This document shows positions 57,786 to 64,000 of a stretch of DNA of 64,000 nucleotides, one piece after another; the first letter of the stretch is position 1; every line of letters starts with the position of its first letter. The DNA comes from a virus. Its lineage: Duplodnaviria > Caudoviricetes. The notes under the pieces were generated by a model. That model was not told the origin of the DNA. It made no database searches and saw only the letters and a program-made list of their open reading frames with translations. Location of the stretch: positions 32,001-96,000 of the IMG/VR virus record IMGVR_UViG_3300031993_000033, one strand, 5' to 3'. The position numbers and the translations under genes were made by a program.

Positions 57786-57986
57786 TTACTCCTCCTTGTC
57801 CGTGTTTGTCTTTTTATTATTCTGATAACTAAAGAAAAACGTAAACGCCATAGTGCAAACCGTAAGATAATCCTTTACATCTACATCTCCGTTCAAAAAG
57901 GCTATCGATAGGCACACCGCAAACAAGAGGCTGATAAGACTTTTAACATCAATTAATTTTGCAATTTTCTTAAATATTTCTCTCAT
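57786..57986 (-). CDS. putative holin
   Basis: 66 aa, two TMs, charged tail, upstream of the amidase. Confidence 0.7.
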   Translation of the reverse strand: MREIFKKIAKLIDVKSLISLLFAVCLSIAFLNGDVDVKDYLTVCTMAFTFFFSYQNNKKTNTDKEE

Positions 57987-58048
57987 AAAACCACCCCTCT
58001 CGTAAAAAAGAAGTGGGGCGATAGCGGTGAACTACCGCCCCTTGTTAG

Positions 58049-58489
58049 TTATCTCATCTCCATCATGAGCTTCTCGAATTTCTTACGAGTTGCTTCATCT
58101 GGAGCTTCGTCCATAAGTTCCTCGAATCTATCCATGAAATCATCGCGGGACTCCATGCGTCCATAGCTTCTACGATTGCTACGTCCACGCTCATATGAGC
58201 CTCTACGAGTATATCCACCACGATTTGATCTGCCACCACGACCACCTCTTGCCATAGACATATCGTCATCGTAGTAGTTGCCAGAATAGCCTTCTTCCTC
58301 ATCTTCCATCATGCCGATAACACATTTGATGTCTTTCAGCACTTCTGTGAGATCTTTGAGGTATTCAACGTGCTGCTCGCCAAGCTGACCGCCAGCGTTT
58401 TCAAGTTCTCTCTTTGTGGACTCCAATTCCTTAAAGGTCATCTCACAAAGGTCATAAAGAGTATCAATCTTCTTATCCATGTTTGCCAC
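58049..58489 (-). CDS. conserved hypothetical protein, RG/Y-rich
   Basis: RGGRGGRS..RRGSY low-complexity segment. Confidence 0.75.
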   Translation of the reverse strand: MANMDKKIDTLYDLCEMTFKELESTKRELENAGGQLGEQHVEYLKDLTEVLKDIKCVIGMMEDEEEGYSGNYYDDDMSMARGGRGGRSNRGGYTRRGSYERGRSNRRSYGRMESRDDFMDRFEELMDEAPDEATRKKFEKLMMEMR

Positions 58490-58494
58490 CTTTC

Positions 58495-58983
58495 TTATCT
58501 AACTCTGCGATAGCCAATATAGTTAAACAAGATATTGGCATTCATTACGTTAATTGCCTGTGTGCTGATATTTCTTACCGAAACACTCTGACAGCCATAA
58601 ATGCTGGGAATTGCCACTATAATAGAAGCACCAACATTATCGCCAAAAGTATCAGATACCAGAGGTACTGTGACAGTCATAATACTGCTTGGGTCAGTTT
58701 CGCCATTAATTGCAATAGCAAGACTTATAGGCTCAACTGTGCCAGCAGGATCGGTAGGAACAGAAATATTTCCGTGGAACTCTACCTGATAAAGTGTTTC
58801 GTAGATTTTTCTGCAACCGCAACTACAAGTGTTAGTAGAAGGCGCATTATTTGCGAGAAGAAAGATACCGCTTTCTTCTCTATGGAATACAAGTCCTCTG
58901 TTGCAAGGAACAGGAGATTCAGTGAATATTACAGGCTGATTTATCTGTACAACCTGCGTTGCATTTGATGAGTATTCGCTCAA
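58495..58983 (-). CDS. BclA-C-terminal-like beta-sandwich protein
   Basis: HREESGIF.L, Y.VEF.GNI, SVSVRNIS. Confidence 0.6.
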   Translation of the reverse strand: MSEYSSNATQVVQINQPVIFTESPVPCNRGLVFHREESGIFLLANNAPSTNTCSCGCRKIYETLYQVEFHGNISVPTDPAGTVEPISLAIAINGETDPSSIMTVTVPLVSDTFGDNVGASIIVAIPSIYGCQSVSVRNISTQAINVMNANILFNYIGYRRVR

Positions 58984-58989
58984 AATTAA

Positions 58990-59613
58990 TCACTCCTTTC
59001 GAGATTGCTCGACAGGAATTTTAATAGCCTCCTCAAAAGTCATCTTATTTCTATACATTCTCGTATAGATTTTAGGATAACTTAACTTTAATTCTTTACA
59101 CCATTGCATAAGATTTTGAGTTTTATCTTGGTAAGTTATCATAATGCAGCTTCGCCTATTGTTTGCCTGTTCGCTCAAAGGAATCCATGTACAATTCTCA
59201 GGACAATAATCCCCATTATAGTCTTTGCGTTCGCAGGTTAAAGACTCATCTGCTCTTGTAAGAAGCGTCCAAGTCTTAAAGACTTCGTAGTTGTGCCATT
59301 CTTTGCACACTTCGATGCCTCTTGCACCATAATACTTATAAGAATGATAATTCTCATCATAACACCTGCGCATCATACATACCCAATGTCTATATAATTT
59401 AGTATTAGATTCTCCATGAGTTTTGTTCCATGGGGTGTGTTTTAAACAACCACAACTCTTAACAAGCCCGTTCTTTAAATTACTTGATTCGACAGATGTA
59501 GTTTTGCCACAATCACATTGGCATATCCAATATGTTTTCTTCTTTGTAAAATCTCGTTCTTTTACGGTAAGCATATTAAATTTTAATCCTGTCAAGTCTA
59601 TGAATTTAGACAT
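58990..59613 (-). CDS. HNH-type homing endonuclease-like protein
   Basis: DLTG.KF..LTV, W.CQCDCG, SCGC, YYGARGI.VC.EW, Y.PENC.W....QANN. Confidence 0.8.
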   Translation of the reverse strand: MSKFIDLTGLKFNMLTVKERDFTKKKTYWICQCDCGKTTSVESSNLKNGLVKSCGCLKHTPWNKTHGESNTKLYRHWVCMMRRCYDENYHSYKYYGARGIEVCKEWHNYEVFKTWTLLTRADESLTCERKDYNGDYCPENCTWIPLSEQANNRRSCIMITYQDKTQNLMQWCKELKLSYPKIYTRMYRNKMTFEEAIKIPVEQSRKE

Positions 59614-59669
59614 AATGAACTCCTTTCAGTTATTAATTTGGAAGTCGCTCATTATACGTTTTGTAAAAC

Positions 59670-60563
59670 TTAGAATGAGCTGTTGCAACCGCAACCATTG
59701 TTGTTAGGGCAGGTGAAGATTGCCTGATTTCCATATACAGGCTGTGCGGGTATCGGGCATGAGCGAAGTTCATTCAGGAGGGCTGTGTTAGCTGCAAGCT
59801 GAGAAGCTCTAAGCTGTGTTGTCTGGTCAACCTGTGAAGCCTGACCTCTTGCATACATAAGTTCACTTCTGAGGTTTGCGTTCTCTCTGCGCTCTGCGTC
59901 AAGTCTGTCCTGACAGAGGTCGTCCTTTATAGACTGGATTCCTGCTGTAAGAGCAGTTATGATGTTCTGAGTGTTCTGAGCTGCCTCATATCTGTCCTGA
60001 CAGTTCTCCTGTGCTACTGTGTAGCGGACATCTGAAAGACCTGCCTGTACGCCGTTGAATCCCTGTGCATTTGCTGTCTGCTCTGCAAAAGAGCGATTAA
60101 GGCTTGCAATTTCGTTTGCGTTCATCTGCTGTGCAAGAGCTGTCTGTGCTCCGAAAATAGAATTATTGACACCGTTGAAACCGTTACACATATCATATCT
60201 CATATCGCCGCAGCACTGACATAACTGAGTTGCGAGAGCCGAGATTGCACTCTGTACAGAGGTAATGCTGTCGTGGAGCTGTGCATCACGGAAACCGTTA
60301 TTCATATTGTTTCCGAGATTGTTCTGACCGTTAAGAAGCCACGGGAAGTCATAGCCAAGCATCATATTGCCATAGCCTCCGCCGAAGCCACCGCCAAAAC
60401 CGAATCCGCCATTACAGAGAGCGATAAGAAACAGTATTCCGAGCCAGCTATCTCCACCGCCGAAAAGACCGTTTCCACCACCGTAACCGCCACCAAACGG
60501 CATACCATAAGAAGGTGTTACGAGCATTGTTGTGTCTGTTCCATTTCCATTGTTAAGAGCCAT
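59670..60563 (-). CDS. conserved Gly-rich TM plus coiled-coil protein
   Basis: GGG-rich N-terminus, WLGILFLIAL TM, QLCQCC, CPIPA.P, terminal CGC. Confidence 0.75.
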   Translation of the reverse strand: MALNNGNGTDTTMLVTPSYGMPFGGGYGGGNGLFGGGDSWLGILFLIALCNGGFGFGGGFGGGYGNMMLGYDFPWLLNGQNNLGNNMNNGFRDAQLHDSITSVQSAISALATQLCQCCGDMRYDMCNGFNGVNNSIFGAQTALAQQMNANEIASLNRSFAEQTANAQGFNGVQAGLSDVRYTVAQENCQDRYEAAQNTQNIITALTAGIQSIKDDLCQDRLDAERRENANLRSELMYARGQASQVDQTTQLRASQLAANTALLNELRSCPIPAQPVYGNQAIFTCPNNNGCGCNSSF

Positions 60564-60678
60564 AATAACTCTCCTTTCTCCCCAAAATTGTTAATGGGGT
60601 GAGCGATTGCATCCATTATGTGCAATCGGTGTGTAAAATGAATGAATTTATATCAAGGCTATTGCCCTAATACCGAAA

Positions 60679-60903
60679 TTACCTCCTATTTAGCATTGAA
60701 TAAACTTGCCTCTGAATAAGTGGAGGTATTTGTCCGTTCTGTGCAAAATACCTAACCGCCTGTTCTGGCGTTTGTATATCTTCCGGTAAATTCTTAAAAT
60801 ACTGTCGCCAATTAGGAGCAAACTGCTGATAAGCCTGACCAAAATCTGGCTGTTGCATCTGCCCTTGCATTGGTTGATTTTGTGACACAAAAGGATTAGC
60901 CAT
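60679..60903 (-). CDS. Q/P-rich hypothetical protein
   Basis: Coupled ORF. Confidence 0.65.
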   Translation of the reverse strand: MANPFVSQNQPMQGQMQQPDFGQAYQQFAPNWRQYFKNLPEDIQTPEQAVRYFAQNGQIPPLIQRQVYSMLNRR

Positions 60904-61271
60904 TAACCTTTCAACTCCTCTACAATTTTCTTCATGTCATCAATCGTTTGTTTATAGGTTTCAAACTCAGACTTCGTTATATAGTCAGACAAATCTATAT
61001 TTGATGTGTTTTGCACTTGTTCCTCATTCTTAGGATTGTTGTCTCCTACTTTTTCAAGGCGATAAACTTCAAACAAAAAGGGTTCAAGAATAGACATTCC
61101 AACAGATTTTTTATAAACAAACCCCTCGTTTTCATTAATGAAATTAACAGAAGTATTAGGGTCAACTCTCCACTTATATGCGACTTCCTCAGAAGGCACA
61201 TTTATAAATGTGGTCATTTGAGGTTGTTGCATACCATAACCATATTGATTCCCCCAAGCCGTTTTAATCAC
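60903..61271 (-). CDS. conserved hypothetical protein
   Basis: YITKSEFE motif. Confidence 0.65.
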   Translation of the reverse strand: MIKTAWGNQYGYGMQQPQMTTFINVPSEEVAYKWRVDPNTSVNFINENEGFVYKKSVGMSILEPFLFEVYRLEKVGDNNPKNEEQVQNTSNIDLSDYITKSEFETYKQTIDDMKKIVEELKG

Positions 61272-61647
61272 CTTCCTTCGTATAATAATATATTGGTGTT
61301 ACTAAGCCACTGTCCCAAGAATCATACCAGTCTCCATTTATAAGTCCAATGGCATGACTGCCAGTAGCGAGGATATACGAGCCATTGGGGTGCTCATTTG
61401 CAAAATCTACAACTGAATAACAATAAGGGCAGTCGTTAGAGCAAATATATCTCTTGAAGCCTCTACGTCTAAGATAAGCATCCCATACCGCATTATTGTT
61501 TCCCCAATCACCCATAAAATATCCTTCGCCACACAGTTCTATATATATCTTTTCCCACGGTTCACCTGTCACAACAGAGATTGCTCTTATAACACAATCC
61601 CCTGCACGATAATTTTCTCGTGGGTTGTTACAGTAATATATATACAT
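61264..61647 (-). CDS. putative cysteine-peptidase-like protein
   Basis: NNP....GDCVIRAI, H.I...NG..YDSWDS (candidate Cys-His-Asp triad). Confidence 0.6.
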   Translation of the reverse strand: MYIYYCNNPRENYRAGDCVIRAISVVTGEPWEKIYIELCGEGYFMGDWGNNNAVWDAYLRRRGFKRYICSNDCPYCYSVVDFANEHPNGSYILATGSHAIGLINGDWYDSWDSGLVTPIYYYTKEGD

Positions 61648-62177
61648 TACCTCTTACCAAATCTTGCCTGTTTGTCATAAATCGTGTCAAGATTCCAATT
61701 AATGCCTTTTCTCACTCTGTAAATCCTCTCTGCTTCTTTAAGTTCAAGGTCTACATCTCTGACAAAACGCGTTATAAATTCTGCTGACGCTACTTCTGAA
61801 ATATCCACAAGGTTGCGGTAGGAGTCCTCATACAATATTTTAGATTGTTTCTCCCATTTAATCCATTCGTTCATACCATATTGTATAAGTCTCATTTTAT
61901 CTTCTGATGTAAGATCATCGGTAGACTTATCTAATAATGGCATATCAAGAATGTCAATCTGTGGTGGGTTATTTGCGACTAAAATATCGTGATGATGTTG
62001 AATGTAGTATTTGCACAACTCAGAATATCCATGAGTTTCTTCTTGTAACTGATTTTCCTGTTTTCTCATATCAGGGAGTAAATCAACGAAGGCAAATATC
62101 TGAATAAGCTGAGAGTGTATCATCATTGCTCCGACCATTCTGTTGCCAAGTGCTGTGTAAATTTCATGTAATGTCAT
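61647..62177 (-). CDS. ferritin-like fold protein
   Basis: H..L, EE..G, W..WE, DVD.EL helical pattern. Confidence 0.5.
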   Translation of the reverse strand: MTLHEIYTALGNRMVGAMMIHSQLIQIFAFVDLLPDMRKQENQLQEETHGYSELCKYYIQHHHDILVANNPPQIDILDMPLLDKSTDDLTSEDKMRLIQYGMNEWIKWEKQSKILYEDSYRNLVDISEVASAEFITRFVRDVDLELKEAERIYRVRKGINWNLDTIYDKQARFGKR

Positions 62178-62256
62178 TAAATTTATCCTTTCCTTAGTTT
62201 TAACGTCTTTTCAGACAAGATTTAGGTTTGTTGCGTATGTTAAAATTACCTTTTTA

Positions 62257-64000
62257 TTAGGACTGTAAAGCCTGTATCATAGCGTACAGTTCTGCGTTAG
62301 ACGGCGCATACTGCTGATATGTTCTATCCATAGTCGATAAACATATCATAGGATAAATCGTCATATCAACATTTACACCTACGCCTTCATTAATTCCGTA
62401 CCAAATGCCGACAGGTGCAGATAAGTCGGACTGTGATACGTCGAATGTTGCGGTTGCGCCTTCATCTGCGCCGTATCTCACACCACTACCACTCACAGTA
62501 CGGTTTGCCGCTAACATTCCTTTACCGCTTTGTACCTTACCGTCAATGCGATAATTGCCAACCTCTTTAAATATCGTTTTACCGTCAGTACGTCGCAAGA
62601 TGTTGAATTCTACTGATTGTGATGTTGTTGTGCCACTAACTGTAATTGATAAATCTGGATTCACAGTAAACGATAAACCGCCGTGATTCGATACTGTATA
62701 ATCTGTCCATATCAAGTTAGGATTTGCCGCTTTTATACTATCACGGGTTACATTTATCAGATTTTTATAGCTGTAATTGTTAGCCCATGAAATATTGTTT
62801 TCATTCGTTTGCTCTTTCGCAGTCAACTCGGCGTTGCTGAGAGCGTAGGGCTGATAATCGGTGAAACCAGCTTCATAGATTTCTGCTGGTACTATCATAA
62901 AGTTGGAAACAGTAACGGTTGCGTTTGAGCTATGATATGAGTTATAACCTTTTGCGGTTTTACCAGTAGGTATTGTTACTTTTGCCGTTTTATGTCCTGA
63001 TGTTGTACCCTCTGTTGTATACGCTGCTGTACCAGAGATTATCTGACCATTTTCATCAGTAAGCTGTATGCTATACTGACCAGCCGTTACTGTATAATCA
63101 AATACTAAATACACGGACGTTCCTGCTGATATATCAATACAATTAGTGTGCTGAAACCAATACGAAGCATTACCAGTATGTTCGCCGCTATTATATGGTG
63201 CAAGATTCTTCGCACCGTTCATTTCTTCTAAAACGGTGGTTTGCTGAGTAAGTGTGGAATTTGGTAAAGCGTAGGGTTCATAGGTGGAGTCTGCATCGTA
63301 GAGAGATTTGGGGGTTATCATAAAATCAGTTACAGTCGCACCGCCGTTTGTATAAAACTGGTATGCCGTTAAGCTCGTATTTGCTGTAATTTCATGTGTA
63401 ATTAATGTATTGTTATACGGAGGTGATGTAGAATTTTTCGCAATAGCGCTTCCGTCGACTGTAACACCTAAACCAAAACTACCTGTTGTTGTTAGCCTAT
63501 AAGATATAACATATGTGCCAGCGGGTAAGTTTACCGATGTGTTGGCAAAATAACCCGTGTTTGGTGTTGTTGCCGCATTTAACGGTGCTAAATTCTTCAC
63601 ACCATTGTTTGTGTTCCAGTTTGCTTGTGTCTTGACGTTGCCCAAATCTGTCTTATCCTGTGCGCTCATAAGTCCAGCAGTTGTTGTGGTTGCTGCGCTG
63701 TATGTGGTATCAGTCCACGGTACATTACAAGCTAAGTCACCGTTGCTATCAACATTAACAGCATACGACTTACCAGAAGTTGTGGAGTTTGTAGCCGCTT
63801 CTGCAAGAGCTGTTGATGATTTGAGCTTTGCTTTAATAGTGCCAGTTGTTGTAATAGGACTACCGCTTGCAGTTGTAAGACCTGTACCAGCGGACACCTG
63901 TGTTACGTCAGTGTCATCACCAGACGGTACATAGCTCCATGTATTTGAGCTTGTTGCCTTTGTGAGACAGATAAACATATCGCCAACCTTTGCCGCCTGT
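62257..64000 (-). CDS. tail fibre / receptor-binding structural protein, C-terminal part
   Basis: Frame open to the window edge; VPWTDTTY..AT...AGLMSA.DK tail-fibre motif; three KNL...Y.PYA..N..L modules. Confidence 0.7.
   Translation of the reverse strand, partial: QAAKVGDMFICLTKATSSNTWSYVPSGDDTDVTQVSAGTGLTTASGSPITTTGTIKAKLKSSTALAEAATNSTTSGKSYAVNVDSNGDLACNVPWTDTTYSAATTTTAGLMSAQDKTDLGNVKTQANWNTNNGVKNLAPLNAATTPNTGYFANTSVNLPAGTYVISYRLTTTGSFGLGVTVDGSAIAKNSTSPPYNNTLITHEITANTSLTAYQFYTNGGATVTDFMITPKSLYDADSTYEPYALPNSTLTQQTTVLEEMNGAKNLAPYNSGEHTGNASYWFQHTNCIDISAGTSVYLVFDYTVTAGQYSIQLTDENGQIISGTAAYTTEGTTSGHKTAKVTIPTGKTAKGYNSYHSSNATVTVSNFMIVPAEIYEAGFTDYQPYALSNAELTAKEQTNENNISWANNYSYKNLINVTRDSIKAANPNLIWTDYTVSNHGGLSFTVNPDLSITVSGTTTSQSVEFNILRRTDGKTIFKEVGNYRIDGKVQSGKGMLAANRTVSGSGVRYGADEGATATFDVSQSDLSAPVGIWYGINEGVGVNVDMTIYPMICLSTMDRTYQQYAPSNAELYAMIQALQS

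Noticed and set aside
847-63934. Numerous short antisense or nested ORFs in the track
   Set aside because: Shadow ORFs of well-supported genes without SD; only 34146-34358 was kept because of its SD and flanking repeats

Overview
64-kb segment of a large, probably temperate, Firmicutes (Clostridia/Ruminococcus-like) dsDNA phage of SPbeta-like organisation. Left arm (- strand): N-terminus of a YonO-like single-subunit RNA polymerase, an HNH endonuclease, a GNAT-like protein and a UvrD helicase. A 1.5-kb non-coding divergent promoter region follows, then on the + strand an early region of small ORFs, a tyrosine recombinase, two tRNAs, a replication module (Sak3-like SSAP, SSB, PD-(D/E)XK nuclease, primase-helicase, DnaE), a DNA-modification island (PAPS-reductase-like protein, five methyltransferase loci, radical SAM), TnpB and nucleotide-metabolism genes (thyX, intein-containing nrdD, nrdG, dut). 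Lysis genes, a conserved unknown gene cluster and a tail-fibre C-terminus converge from the right. Three non-obvious signals stand out. (1) About 30 copies of a T(A/G/T)AAA-N6-TTT(T/C/A)A site lie almost exactly at accessory-gene junctions, some with a second motif at fixed spacing; one inverted pair with matching spacers flanks a segment whose inversion restores the PAPS-reductase-like gene in frame, suggesting an integron/shufflon-like cassette system. (2) A split C5 methyltransferase has its target-recognition modules encoded as a string of mini-genes, each with a poly-G tract (candidate combinatorial phase-variable methylome). (3) CGGAAA is roughly 15-fold enriched on one strand of the early region. 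All assignments are by eye, without database searches.
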